IMG/VR virus record: IMGVR_UViG_3300008111_000005
Location: 1-64,000 of that record
Length of the DNA: 64,000 nucleotides
Direction: 5' to 3' (one strand)
From: a virus
Part shown: positions 17,414-27,623 of the stretch, piece by piece
How the letters are laid out: the number at the start of each line of letters is the position of its first letter
How positions within the stretch are numbered: the first letter of the stretch is position 1
The notes under the pieces: model-generated
What the model saw: the letters and a program-made list of their open reading frames with translations, nothing else
Database searches by the model: none
Told to the model about the DNA's origin: nothing
Program-made: the position numbers and the translations under genes

Positions 17414-19207
17414 TTATCGTATCTTTGTATAAAAGTCAATATCCTTTTGCATTTCCATTCTTTCTTGTTTGGTAAGTGAAGGATTTTTTGATTGCAATTC
17501 TAAGAATTTAATAGTACTTTCTGCATGTTTTTTACGTTGCTGTGGTGTCCAATCCGCTGGGTTAGGACTTTTACTTGCCAGTGTATACGTCCAAGATTCA
17601 TGCTGATATAATTCAAATGCCGCGGCAGTACTCAAGCCTCGTGCTCGCAATGCCAACGTTGCAATAGTTGGATAATAATAGTTTGGTGGTGGAGTTTTAT
17701 TGGTGATGCGTAAACGAATCATACCAACACGTTTATCTGATTCTGGATCAATAATGAATCGTGTACGTAATTCTTTCAATGCATCTTCCGAACTCACCGT
17801 TTTACTAATACCGAATGTGTCTCTTAATGATTTGTCGTTGACATACATGGGGATTGGATTCCCGTCACTGTCAATATTTCCTTCACCGTACACAGTCACT
17901 ACCTTATCAACACCTTCGGTTGGCGTATCAGACAACATCTGAGGAATATCCAATGCATCCAACAGATATCTGGTAGTAGCTTCACGTACAGCTCTGTCAG
18001 ATTCTATTGTATTTAAAAATTGTTTTGTGGCTATGTTATCTACATTTCTAATAGAATCCATCACCTTTTTTATTGATGGATAATTCTTTTTTATACCTTC
18101 CAACGATTTTAATAAAGCTTTAAATTCGTTGGAGGCTAATTTCTCACCAGAAGTTGCTCTACTTAAAAACTGTTTATTGAGAGTACCGTTTGGATTAAAA
18201 TAAGCATCATACTTAGGACTACTCAAACTCTTAATACCAGTACGATTAAATGTTGACAACGCACTACGTACTTCCTTTTGATTTGCTTTTAAGAATTTTG
18301 AAAGTGCAACAAACGCCTTGTCAGCTTCTTGTTTGTGTAGTTTTTTCAACGCTTGAATTTTGGTTTTTGCTTTTGTGTCGTCGGTAAATGTTTCAATGGT
18401 ACCGATAATTTTGGCATACCCTTGGTTTGCCAAAAATATATTTCCACTCTTCTTTAACGAAACACCAATCACATCACCAGATACAGTTCGTATATACAAA
18501 TCAGATCGGTCATTCATGTCCTTACCTTTTGGTAATCCCATGTTTGCACGACCTTCTGCATTATCCCAGACTAATGAATCTATACGACCATATTGCTTTT
18601 CTGTTTGTGACAGAGTTGCCACGATTTGGGCTTTGACACTTTTTGTCCAATCTTGTGTAAGTTTCGACCCTTTCATTGATGATAATTGTGATATCATTTC
18701 ATCTATCAATGCATCGTTATTACGTAGATACGCGTCCATGTCACCCTTGAAGGATTTACGTCCCTGCAATAACGTGTTGGAAACTAGTACAACTGATGCT
18801 TCAGCAGCTCGTGACTCAGGTGTTCCGGCACCAGCACTACCCTTATCAGTCACACCAATAATAGCATCATACACACCCTTACCACCAGGTAACTTCCCTA
18901 TGGATTGTGCAACATTGACTGTCCCTTTTCCAGATACTCGTGGTGTAGAAGGTTTTGTTGCTGATACCGATTTCTTTTGTGGGGTGGTTGGTTTGCCAAC
19001 AGGTTCTTGTTTGGGAGCAGATTTTTGTCTACCTCTGGCAAATACATCTGCTGTCTTTTTATCTTTAAAATAATCTGTATTTCCCACTTGATTTTTAGCA
19101 CCAAATCCACCTTTGGTTCTCCAAACATCACCTGGGTTATGAGTTGCGGGAACTGCTTCCGACAACGATAATATATCAGTTATAAATTCTTTTAATAATT
19201 CTTTCAT
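17414..19207 (-). CDS. Basic protein with PD-(D/E)xK-like motif; possible head-packaged protein
   Basis: RSDLYI...GVSLKK; N-terminal LLKE..LSE segment; ACTATTTATA upstream. Confidence 0.45.
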   Translation of the reverse strand: MKELLKEFITDILSLSEAVPATHNPGDVWRTKGGFGAKNQVGNTDYFKDKKTADVFARGRQKSAPKQEPVGKPTTPQKKSVSATKPSTPRVSGKGTVNVAQSIGKLPGGKGVYDAIIGVTDKGSAGAGTPESRAAEASVVLVSNTLLQGRKSFKGDMDAYLRNNDALIDEMISQLSSMKGSKLTQDWTKSVKAQIVATLSQTEKQYGRIDSLVWDNAEGRANMGLPKGKDMNDRSDLYIRTVSGDVIGVSLKKSGNIFLANQGYAKIIGTIETFTDDTKAKTKIQALKKLHKQEADKAFVALSKFLKANQKEVRSALSTFNRTGIKSLSSPKYDAYFNPNGTLNKQFLSRATSGEKLASNEFKALLKSLEGIKKNYPSIKKVMDSIRNVDNIATKQFLNTIESDRAVREATTRYLLDALDIPQMLSDTPTEGVDKVVTVYGEGNIDSDGNPIPMYVNDKSLRDTFGISKTVSSEDALKELRTRFIIDPESDKRVGMIRLRITNKTPPPNYYYPTIATLALRARGLSTAAAFELYQHESWTYTLASKSPNPADWTPQQRKKHAESTIKFLELQSKNPSLTKQERMEMQKDIDFYTKIR

Positions 19208-19256
19208 AATATAACGTGGTTAAATATACTGATATAAATAGTTGATAGGTACGAAG

Positions 19257-19463
19257 TTATTCCTTATCTGGACGTTTCTGATGTTTCAAACTGTTCTTCT
19301 TTTTTCCACCCTTGTGTTCTTCTTCCGAACGTCTGGGGTGACGGATTTTCTCAAACCCCTCGTAGTTATCTTCCAACCCGAACTCTTCCTCATAATAGTC
19401 AAGTTCGTCATCATAGAATTCATCATCGTCATCAAACACAACATCACCTTGCCACTTTGGCAT
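19257..19463 (-). CDS. Small acidic/basic bipartite protein
   Basis: Asp/Glu-rich N-half, Lys-rich C-half; AGGAG RBS. Confidence 0.55.
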   Translation of the reverse strand: MPKWQGDVVFDDDDEFYDDELDYYEEEFGLEDNYEGFEKIRHPRRSEEEHKGGKKKNSLKHQKRPDKE

Positions 19464-19489
19464 CGTACAATCTCCTAAATATTATAAAG

Positions 19490-19876
19490 TTATTTTGCCC
19501 ACTTACCACGCTTGACCAACTGACAGATAACCCCGTAAACCGATAGGTCTTGAAAGGTGTCGTCTATCGCCTCTCCTACATTGTCCTTCTTACCTAATAC
19601 GACCAACTGCTTCAACCGTTGAATCTTATCATTCATACGAAACCACAAACCAGTTAACGACAACTGAACATCATCAGGTGTTGATAACGAAGTCCCAACA
19701 GAAATATTACTTGGTCCATAGTTGGACTGTTTGACACAAAACGTTTCGTATTGCTCCATCATAATATTCCAGTATTCTTTGGTCATCTCTGGATATTCTC
19801 GTTCAATCTGTGCAACTATATCGGGTTTTTTATACACTGTTAAGTTGCCTGTAATACGATGTGACTCAATTTGCAT
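19490..19876 (-). CDS. DUF1599 (nucleotide-modification-associated) protein
   Basis: KQSNYG..NIS, RMNDKIQRL, DTFQDLSVYG. Confidence 0.75.
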   Translation of the reverse strand: MQIESHRITGNLTVYKKPDIVAQIEREYPEMTKEYWNIMMEQYETFCVKQSNYGPSNISVGTSLSTPDDVQLSLTGLWFRMNDKIQRLKQLVVLGKKDNVGEAIDDTFQDLSVYGVICQLVKRGKWAK

Positions 19877-20666
19877 GTAACCCTCTTATAGTAGACGAAT
19901 CCCCGTTTGGGAATTTTGTATTGTTAAGACCATTGTGTGGAGGAACACCCCACTTATAGTAATATTGTTGCATTGCGAATTGTTCTCTTTCTCTGAACTT
20001 CTGTGCTTCCGAATTCTTCTTTGTTGATACAGAACCAAAATGATACGAATGTAAGAAATGTGTACGTGATCTGGTAAGACCAGGTATCAATTCTAACTTT
20101 GCGAAGAAATCCCAATCACAAAGATTTGGAGAATTGTAAAAGGTGTCAAATCCACCAACTGCCATATACCATTTCTTGTTTATCAAGAATGGAAATATAT
20201 TTCCATCTGGTGTTTTCTTATTGGTAGACAATCTCCGTTCTTCATCAATGAACTTTTCCATATCAAATGTTTCAACCGTTTGTCCACAATCCATTACCGG
20301 AAAGTTAAACATTCCAGGACCAGTAGGTTCTATTTGATTGACTGTTAAGATTTCATTTGGGTCGTACTGCGACTCCAATTTCTTATCCCAATTTGGTGCG
20401 AACACATTATCATCGTTGATGATGAATATCTTTTCGTTGTTTGCATTCCACACACCCATGTTTAATGCGTGTTGCATCCCTTTATTTTCGGGAAGAGTGA
20501 TAACGTCAATACCTTTGTGTTTGTTTATTACGTATTCACTTTCTTCTGCATATCCATCCAAGATAACAATTATTTCGTTACCATTATGTTGTCCCCGTAA
20601 CAATGAATGTAAACACAAATCCAAATATTTTGGATTACGATACGAGGGAATAATAACCGAAATCAT
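19866..20666 (-). CDS. Glycosyltransferase family 2
   Basis: ISVIIPSY, IIVILDG, INDD, VGGFD, DWDF. Confidence 0.9.
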   Translation of the reverse strand: MISVIIPSYRNPKYLDLCLHSLLRGQHNGNEIIVILDGYAEESEYVINKHKGIDVITLPENKGMQHALNMGVWNANNEKIFIINDDNVFAPNWDKKLESQYDPNEILTVNQIEPTGPGMFNFPVMDCGQTVETFDMEKFIDEERRLSTNKKTPDGNIFPFLINKKWYMAVGGFDTFYNSPNLCDWDFFAKLELIPGLTRSRTHFLHSYHFGSVSTKKNSEAQKFREREQFAMQQYYYKWGVPPHNGLNNTKFPNGDSSTIRGLHAN

Positions 20667-20667
20667 A

Positions 20668-21711
20668 TTAGTTTTTAAGTTTAGCTGTCTTGGCTTCCTG
20701 CACTAGTACATCGGTTTTCCAGAAGGGATAAATACCTTTTTCTACTTCATACTTACTCCACACTTGTCGTGGACGTTCTGGTTGTACTCGTGCCCATTCC
20801 CACATCTTCTTCAATCCTTCATATAAGTCTGTCTTGTGTTCGAATCCAAGAACATCAACCGATTTCTGCCAAGTAGGATATGCATATTTCACTTCGTGTC
20901 GTGGGGGAAGATGTTTGATTTCACCACCACCCATCACATCAATCAATGTGTCTGCTGCTTCGTTGATACTATATTCCTTGATACCACCCAAGTTAATAAT
21001 TTGCTTGGATGCCTTCGGGTCGGTTCCTGCTCTCCACAAAGGTTCAAGAGAATCATCAATACAGCTAAATGCACGAACCTGATTACCATCACCGAAGATA
21101 GTTAATGGTTGATTGGTTAGCTTCTTATACATCCAGATACCTAACACATTACGATAGCTGTCCCAAATATTCTGGTTCGCACCGAATACGTTGTGTGGTC
21201 GGATAATACACCAATCTAATCCATGCTGGACACCGGCGGTTTCAATATCCATTTCACACGCTGCCTTCGCAATACCATACGAATCAATAGGTGCACGTGC
21301 CATATCTTCGTGGAATGGTGGTTCACCAGCACCAAATCCATACACACCCATCGAAGAAGTGAATACCAATCTCTTTACACTGTGCTTAATACACTGGTTG
21401 ATAACTCCCGCAGTTGCGAGAAGATTATTGGTGTAATTATACTGTCTGATGAATGGGGACAACGCTTCCGCTGCGTATGCTGCAAAGTGATACACGATAT
21501 CAATTTGATGTGCATCGAAAACATATCCACAGTTCTGCGTGCCCAAATCAATATTATAAAACTTTACCTTTGGATTAATATTTTCTTTATACCCACCACT
21601 AAAATCGTCAATACCAATAACGTCTACATCGGGTTGGTTTTCGATAATCCAATCAGCCAATCGTGATCCTAGAAGTCCAGCAACACCAGTGATTAATACA
21701 GTTTGTTTCAT
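20668..21711 (-). CDS. NAD-dependent sugar epimerase/dehydratase (extended SDR)
   Basis: ITGVAGLLG, TSS, YGIAK, RPHNVFG. Confidence 0.92.
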   Translation of the reverse strand: MKQTVLITGVAGLLGSRLADWIIENQPDVDVIGIDDFSGGYKENINPKVKFYNIDLGTQNCGYVFDAHQIDIVYHFAAYAAEALSPFIRQYNYTNNLLATAGVINQCIKHSVKRLVFTSSMGVYGFGAGEPPFHEDMARAPIDSYGIAKAACEMDIETAGVQHGLDWCIIRPHNVFGANQNIWDSYRNVLGIWMYKKLTNQPLTIFGDGNQVRAFSCIDDSLEPLWRAGTDPKASKQIINLGGIKEYSINEAADTLIDVMGGGEIKHLPPRHEVKYAYPTWQKSVDVLGFEHKTDLYEGLKKMWEWARVQPERPRQVWSKYEVEKGIYPFWKTDVLVQEAKTAKLKN

Positions 21712-21741
21712 TGTAAAGTAATTGTTAAAGGTTCATTAATA

Positions 21742-21770
21742 AGTATAACATCGTGACTGCTCTACGTCAA
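21742..21770 (-). promoter_or_regulatory. sigma70-type promoter
   Basis: TTGACG-17-TATACT. Confidence 0.7.
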
Positions 21771-21773
21771 GTA

Positions 21774-22520
21774 TCAAATATCTTCCCACGAGTCAATTGA
21801 AAGACCAACCGTGGGTGCTTCATATCCTTTTAAACAATGTGTTGCTAATGACGGTAGTGGTTGTACTAATGCACGACCTTTTTCACGAAGTTTAAGAAAG
21901 ATTGCAAAATCTTTTGTATTAATTAAATCTTCCGTTCCCCACATCCATACATCCATATCGTTCTTTATGGTACCAACAGTTGTTGCGAACGTATTGGTTG
22001 TAGAATTTGTTATCATCCAAAAATGGTCCTTCGTCTTAATAACTTGCGTAGGTTCCGATACATTTTCCATAGGAGTATACGGATTCCCACCACGAGAGGG
22101 ATCCCAAAACTTATCAGGATGTAAGTATCCAGTTGCGTAGTGTGCATAATTCAATGCCTCAATAATTTTATGTTCGGAACCAGGAAGATATAAATAATCA
22201 TCTTCTTGAAACAAAACAATTTCTTCATCATTTGTAATCTTTTGCACTTCGTCTAACAATACTCGCATAGACTTAGCATCGGACCCAGCCTGTATCTTGA
22301 CGAGATTAACTCGTTCCGTTGCATCCGATAATTCATTTAACCATTTCCACGTTTCATCGGTGATGGAATCCACGAATATCGTAATCTCCGCCGTGGGGAA
22401 ACAATTCAATGTATTCAACAAACACCGTTGTTTAGTGGCGTTTGGTAACTTCACCTGCCACGTTCGTTGTTGTGCATGTTGTGAATTACTGGACTCACTT
22501 ATTCTGTAAAATATTTTCAT
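21774..22520 (-). CDS. Putative GT-A glycosyltransferase
   Basis: LFQEDDYLY, STTNTFA, PSLATH motifs. Confidence 0.7.
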   Translation of the reverse strand: MKIFYRISESSNSQHAQQRTWQVKLPNATKQRCLLNTLNCFPTAEITIFVDSITDETWKWLNELSDATERVNLVKIQAGSDAKSMRVLLDEVQKITNDEEIVLFQEDDYLYLPGSEHKIIEALNYAHYATGYLHPDKFWDPSRGGNPYTPMENVSEPTQVIKTKDHFWMITNSTTNTFATTVGTIKNDMDVWMWGTEDLINTKDFAIFLKLREKGRALVQPLPSLATHCLKGYEAPTVGLSIDSWEDI

Positions 22521-23409
22521 TATAAAACCGTTCTAATTCTTTTGGAAAGTGTTGTGTTGCAATTTGTCTAAACTCATCTTTACGATCAATACTGGACACT
22601 AAATCATTTAGGTATTTGTTGTTTTGTTGATGATTCTCACAAACTAATATACCGTCCAATACATACTGCTGCACAGGAAGTTTTTTGGATTCTCGTAACA
22701 CTTGTGCACAAGTTAATACATAGGTATCTTCCAATCCGTAGTGACCGAATGATTCGGGTATTCCTGTTACTTTCAACAGTTTATTACTGATAACGGTTCC
22801 CCACCCACCAGCAGCTTTAAATGTATTGATTGGTCGAACCGCAACCCCAGTATCTCGTAATCCCAGATCAAATACATTTGCTGTTAGATTATCATTTAAT
22901 TCTCTGGACAATAAATCGTCATGTACCAACACATCCCACGTAGTGTCCCACTGTCGTGTTATCTGTGGAGTTACTACATAGTAATCCACTCCACTATTTT
23001 TTATGGCTTTTACTGCATTACCAAGGTATCCAAGAAATCTGTCACCGAAGAATAAATCATTGTCCATCCACAAAGTAAAATCGTAATCATCTACATATTT
23101 TAATGTATGTCGTCGTTGCGAAACACAGCCAAGTATTTCTGATTTGTATTCTATTCTAAATGTACTATCTGATGATTCCCAGGTACATAACGAACTTACT
23201 ATATCAGAGAATTTATTAGCAAAATAAACTTGTGGTAGTTTTGAAGTTGACCAATCAATCATTTCATCACTTAAACATAATGTGATATCAAATGTGTATT
23301 CCACATCCTCTGGTATCCATTCCGCGTTACGACGAAGATTATATAAAGTTAGATGTAAATTATCAATTTCGTGTGGTAATACAAAAATAGAAATTAAACC
23401 TTTGGTCAT
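22495..23409 (-). CDS. Putative GT-A glycosyltransferase
   Basis: WMDNDL DxD motif, GHYGLEDT. Confidence 0.6.
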   Translation of the reverse strand: MTKGLISIFVLPHEIDNLHLTLYNLRRNAEWIPEDVEYTFDITLCLSDEMIDWSTSKLPQVYFANKFSDIVSSLCTWESSDSTFRIEYKSEILGCVSQRRHTLKYVDDYDFTLWMDNDLFFGDRFLGYLGNAVKAIKNSGVDYYVVTPQITRQWDTTWDVLVHDDLLSRELNDNLTANVFDLGLRDTGVAVRPINTFKAAGGWGTVISNKLLKVTGIPESFGHYGLEDTYVLTCAQVLRESKKLPVQQYVLDGILVCENHQQNNKYLNDLVSSIDRKDEFRQIATQHFPKELERFYNENILQNK

Positions 23410-24065
23410 ACCTTTATTCTCTGAACCACACCCACTCCCCAATCAGCTTCTCCACGACCAAACCATTCAACTGAGAAAATATCTGTGTCAATTGCATCTA
23501 ACAATGCCACTGGACCTGGGTGGTAGTTTGTATCGTGGAATGCCATCACTCCGTTTGGAATCATCTTTTCCCAATACTTCCATTCTTTGATTACTTGATT
23601 GACAGAATGCCATCCATCCACGAACATAAAGTCAATTTGTTCATGACCGTACCATTCCATCAATTGATACAAGCTTTCATAGTTGGCGGAATCACCTTGA
23701 ATTGTAAATATATTATTTTCTATACTATTCAAATATGTTTTGGGTTTAAGATCCATTCCAACATACATGCAGTCTGTTGGTTTGATACTGAGTAATGTGT
23801 TCGTGGAGGAAACACCACCACATTCATCTACACCAATTTCAACTATTAATTTAGGTTGGTGGGGTAATTTATTAAATGCATATTTTAATGCTTCGTGATT
23901 AAGTGACGAAAAATGTACATTGGGTGAAGCATCAAAGTCACCTAACCAATCGGTATCATTGGAAATGCTAGGTTCCAGAGAGGGAAGATATTTTAGTCCA
24001 TAAATATCTGTGGGTAACTTGGTTACCTTTGATAAAATATCATTCGTTCTGTCAAGTAAATTCAT
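23406..24065 (-). CDS. Class I SAM-dependent methyltransferase
   Basis: IVEIGV, IDFMFVDGWHS, GVMAFHD. Confidence 0.85.
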   Translation of the reverse strand: MNLLDRTNDILSKVTKLPTDIYGLKYLPSLEPSISNDTDWLGDFDASPNVHFSSLNHEALKYAFNKLPHQPKLIVEIGVDECGGVSSTNTLLSIKPTDCMYVGMDLKPKTYLNSIENNIFTIQGDSANYESLYQLMEWYGHEQIDFMFVDGWHSVNQVIKEWKYWEKMIPNGVMAFHDTNYHPGPVALLDAIDTDIFSVEWFGRGEADWGVGVVQRIKV

Positions 24066-24074
24066 AGTATTCTC

Positions 24075-25304
24075 TTAGAAAATTCTGTATTGTAAATCAG
24101 CGTTGACTGCTTTGTATCCCCACTTTTTAACAGCTGCGTCATATTCTGCTCCGTGGTTACCATCAATTGCTTGACGCATTGCCAATCCACCGGCGAGTGT
24201 ACCCATTGGATGTCCATGCATTGCACCACCAACATTTGCCATCCAGTTATGACTATCAAGTAATCCGTTAATGTGCTGCACCAATCCAGGATGCATTCCA
24301 CAACTGAGTGCGGGGATAACATTGTAGTTCCACAACACCTTCAAGGCGTCTTGTAGTTCTGTGTCATCCTGATTCATATACCCACCAATCATACCTGCGT
24401 GGATAGAGTCTGCACCAGACCACCCTGCAATCTTACAGATAACGGGCCAGTAGATATGATTCGGAGCACGACGGTCAGTGAAGAATTTATCCCCAGACTT
24501 CTGAAAGTGAATCCACAGATTAGGATTCTGTTTACGGATTGCACGATATGCACCCAACCCACTCCACACATTAATATGAACACCCAATCCACCTTCATCC
24601 GAAACGAATTGTGCTCGTTGTAGTGCGTACGGACTGTCACCATTAATACAGAATGTGTACATTACATTCGGGGCGTTATTCGCCAACCAGTTGGTGATAA
24701 GTGGAACTCTCTTTGTCAACGGACAATGTGCCGGACTACCAAGGAGTTCATCTTCTTTAATAAAGTTTACACCACCATATACCATTTCCTTCACGGCTTC
24801 TAACAATACTTCTGGACTCATTCCAACCTTGGGTTTGATAATACCACCGAAGAATGGTTTGCCCTCGACACCATTAAACTTACGGAATCCATCAATACCA
24901 TATGCTGGTTTCAATGTAAACTGTTGTTCAATATGTGCAGGTAGTGTTACGTCCAATACATGACATTGCTCAATTTCCAGAATGTCTACTTGACCACCGG
25001 CGATGTGGCAGAGGATTTGTGAGATACCATCTTCTTCTAAGTCTAGATTTTCTAGTGGAAATGCGATATCAACTTCACCGGAAAACTTCGACTTTAATTC
25101 ATTTTCATCAGCGAGAACAAAACAACTGTGGTCACGAAACATCTGGTCAGTTTCCCATACACTACGATTGTTTGGATTACCGATGCTTTGACCAATTGCC
25201 AAATTCCACGCGGCATCTCGTAGTGAAGTTTTCCCTGCAAGGAAGTACTTAACTATAAAATATTTGGATAAATCAATATCTCTTGTAAAAATATTTACGC
25301 TCAT
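24075..25304 (-). CDS. RuBisCO-like protein (form IV-like, non-carboxylating)
   Basis: GGIIKPKVG, GGVNFIKEDE (carbamylation motif), IHAG, LSCGMH, NVGGAMHGHPMG; loop-6 Lys replaced (GGYM). Confidence 0.9.
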   Translation of the reverse strand: MSVNIFTRDIDLSKYFIVKYFLAGKTSLRDAAWNLAIGQSIGNPNNRSVWETDQMFRDHSCFVLADENELKSKFSGEVDIAFPLENLDLEEDGISQILCHIAGGQVDILEIEQCHVLDVTLPAHIEQQFTLKPAYGIDGFRKFNGVEGKPFFGGIIKPKVGMSPEVLLEAVKEMVYGGVNFIKEDELLGSPAHCPLTKRVPLITNWLANNAPNVMYTFCINGDSPYALQRAQFVSDEGGLGVHINVWSGLGAYRAIRKQNPNLWIHFQKSGDKFFTDRRAPNHIYWPVICKIAGWSGADSIHAGMIGGYMNQDDTELQDALKVLWNYNVIPALSCGMHPGLVQHINGLLDSHNWMANVGGAMHGHPMGTLAGGLAMRQAIDGNHGAEYDAAVKKWGYKAVNADLQYRIF

Positions 25305-25633
25305 TGTTTGTCTGTGACCTCGTATTTGTCGCCTATGACGGACGGTAATTTAACAACAATTAATTCACAATCTTCTAAAAATTCTGGGTCTGCTATTTCA
25401 TACGGAAATATAGTAAATATATCTCCTGTTGTCAATAGCTGTCCTTGTATTCGCATCTTGCCACGAATTAAATAGTTAATTTCTATAGCCCTCTTGTGAT
25501 AATGCTTACCCCAGATTTCACCTTTTTTATGACGAAGATATCCGACTTCAAAATCACTGGTCATCAATACGGATGGTGTAAAGTTTCCAATAAACCATCC
25601 ACGAGTCATATCTTCAATTCTTTTTATTTCCAT
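25301..25633 (-). CDS. Small cupin protein
   Basis: RGWFIGNF, HYH....EINY...G cupin motif. Confidence 0.75.
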   Translation of the reverse strand: MEIKRIEDMTRGWFIGNFTPSVLMTSDFEVGYLRHKKGEIWGKHYHKRAIEINYLIRGKMRIQGQLLTTGDIFTIFPYEIADPEFLEDCELIVVKLPSVIGDKYEVTDKQ

Positions 25634-26345
25634 ATAATGCTCTGTATCGTTCAATATCTTCCAAGGTTCCTACTGCATAGTGTTCGGACGGAGTTATATC
25701 GTATACTCGTTTAGTTCCGTCCAGATAGTTGTATGAGGGACCAATATAATATTCACCATTAACAGTGTCTTTCACTTGTTTCATAGTATTCACCGAAGAT
25801 GCGAAATCTTTGCCATACTTCCACCAGTGAATACCATTCAGTGAATAGTTACTAATCACTTCCTTTTCTTTTACCATTGTGAATTTTGGATATTTGTGTT
25901 CTACATTAGCCACCAACGCGTAACTATTTTTAGGCGTGTTAGTTTCGTAGGTCACCACCGCACCAATAGCATCGGTGGTTTTGGTAAACTCAATAAACTT
26001 ATCGGCGTCCCAATGCATGATTTGGTCACAGTTGGTAACTAATAAATCAGTTTCTCCAAAAAATAATTGTGGAGCATGTAACGCCGAAATGGCTGGACCA
26101 TCGGTAAGATAATCAATTTCTACTACAACAGCCTGACCAACGGTTTTACGAATCGCATCACGAAGAGCCACATTCCAATCTTGATTGTTGTATCTACGAA
26201 CAATGAAACAATAATGGCCATCTATGTTCAACGATTCCAATGCCATTTCAATCATAACTTTACCTGGTAATACTTCTACCAGTGGTTTGGGGACCGTGCT
26301 TTTTACACGAGTCCCCTCACCAGCCATTGGAATAATAATATTCAT
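25614..26345 (-). CDS. Sugar-phosphate nucleotidyltransferase-like protein (A)
   Basis: IIIPMAGEGTR, PKPLV, TDGPA, NCDQ, EK, NGEYYI. Confidence 0.85.
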   Translation of the reverse strand: MNIIIPMAGEGTRVKSTVPKPLVEVLPGKVMIEMALESLNIDGHYCFIVRRYNNQDWNVALRDAIRKTVGQAVVVEIDYLTDGPAISALHAPQLFFGETDLLVTNCDQIMHWDADKFIEFTKTTDAIGAVVTYETNTPKNSYALVANVEHKYPKFTMVKEKEVISNYSLNGIHWWKYGKDFASSVNTMKQVKDTVNGEYYIGPSYNYLDGTKRVYDITPSEHYAVGTLEDIERYRALYGNKKN

Positions 26346-26349
26346 TTAA

Positions 26350-27243
26350 TCAAGCAACTGTTGAAGTAGTAAACTGTATGTCTGCGTGCTCACCCAATGA
26401 TTCTGCCGACTTGGTACGCATGAATTCTTCATGTAGTGATTGACCCAACTGGTCCATTTGATTGAAGAACTGCTTACTCAAATCAAGATTCTTGTCAGTT
26501 ACTAATGGAGTATAATCTGCTTGTGGGAAGTCAACCACCGAGTATGTATAATTCCAGTATGAAGCAAATTCCTCCCAACGATTTTCTGCATCAATTAAAT
26601 CCCAAACACGACTACCGATTGTTGGTACGGTGTGATAGTAAATAGATCTCTTTAAGCCATCAAGTGTTCTCATACTACCAGCGATAATGTTTTGGTGACG
26701 TTGGATTTGTTGGTTTGCCAAATATTCCAAGTGTGCATCTGCATCAATTCCAACTTCTTCCATACGTCCTGGAATGATACTAGCGAAGAACACACTTTGA
26801 TAACTCAAAGACTTAATGATGGTATTTGCATCAGAAACACCTGTTACATTTAGATATAACTTACGAAGTTCTGGTGCGTCGGCGATTCGAAGTACATAAC
26901 TGAAATGTGGAATCTTCAATGCCATAGCTGCACCATTACCGTTGAACTGGTCAACATATTGTGCCCATCGAATAATATCTTCTTCTTCCATAACTGAATT
27001 AGGGACTTGTACATATACTAATCCTTCTGGACCTTCACCACGAAGTTCTCCAACAAGTGAGGTCATCTGTGGAACAAGTGTTTCAAATTTATCCAATGTA
27101 TCGCAGTTGACCTTTGCCAATGCGTTTGGATTGGTAGTAATACCAATTACGGAACTACCGTCAATATACTTACCCAACTTGTCCCAAATCTTACGGATAT
27201 AGTCGGTGTCTGCTGTGTCAAAAAAGAATGTTGGTTGTGACAT
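26350..27243 (-). CDS. Divergent transaldolase/fructose-6-phosphate aldolase family protein
   Basis: FFDTAD, GITTNP, Schiff-base LKIP, NVT, GRM, GSMR. Confidence 0.8.
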   Translation of the reverse strand: MSQPTFFFDTADTDYIRKIWDKLGKYIDGSSVIGITTNPNALAKVNCDTLDKFETLVPQMTSLVGELRGEGPEGLVYVQVPNSVMEEEDIIRWAQYVDQFNGNGAAMALKIPHFSYVLRIADAPELRKLYLNVTGVSDANTIIKSLSYQSVFFASIIPGRMEEVGIDADAHLEYLANQQIQRHQNIIAGSMRTLDGLKRSIYYHTVPTIGSRVWDLIDAENRWEEFASYWNYTYSVVDFPQADYTPLVTDKNLDLSKQFFNQMDQLGQSLHEEFMRTKSAESLGEHADIQFTTSTVA

Positions 27244-27623
27244 TATGGATTCTCCACGGTTCTTGGTCCTTTGTTTATTCTATCTTTTATTGCTAAGATT
27301 GAGGTTTCCCAATCTGTATGTCTGTGTACCGCATCATCTATTATTAAATCGGCGTGAGGTTTACTCCACCAAATTTCATCATATGGAATATCCCATTTTT
27401 CTAACCAATCAAACAATACTTTACCTTGTAACTTTAATACCCTTCCTTGATTCCCACCACCAGTTTTCATATGTCGTGCCGTATGAAGAATAATGGTGTG
27501 CCCTTCTTCTTTTAACCATCGTAACGTTTCTAATGCTTCTGGAAACGGCTTGACATCTGCGTAGGTCATATCACCAGTTTTATTTTCACAGATAGTATTA
27601 TCTATATCAAAACAAAATATCAT
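27243..27623 (-). CDS. HAD phosphatase, EcbF/BcbF capsule-biosynthesis type
   Basis: FDIDNTIC, HTARHM, WL....IPYDEI..KP, IDD. Confidence 0.85.
   Translation of the reverse strand: MIFCFDIDNTICENKTGDMTYADVKPFPEALETLRWLKEEGHTIILHTARHMKTGGGNQGRVLKLQGKVLFDWLEKWDIPYDEIWWSKPHADLIIDDAVHRHTDWETSILAIKDRINKGPRTVENP

Noticed and set aside
24075-25304. Bona fide CO2-fixing RuBisCO (rbcL) AMG
   Set aside because: E60, N123, H294 and K334 equivalents are substituted; no rbcS or prk; the context is glycan synthesis
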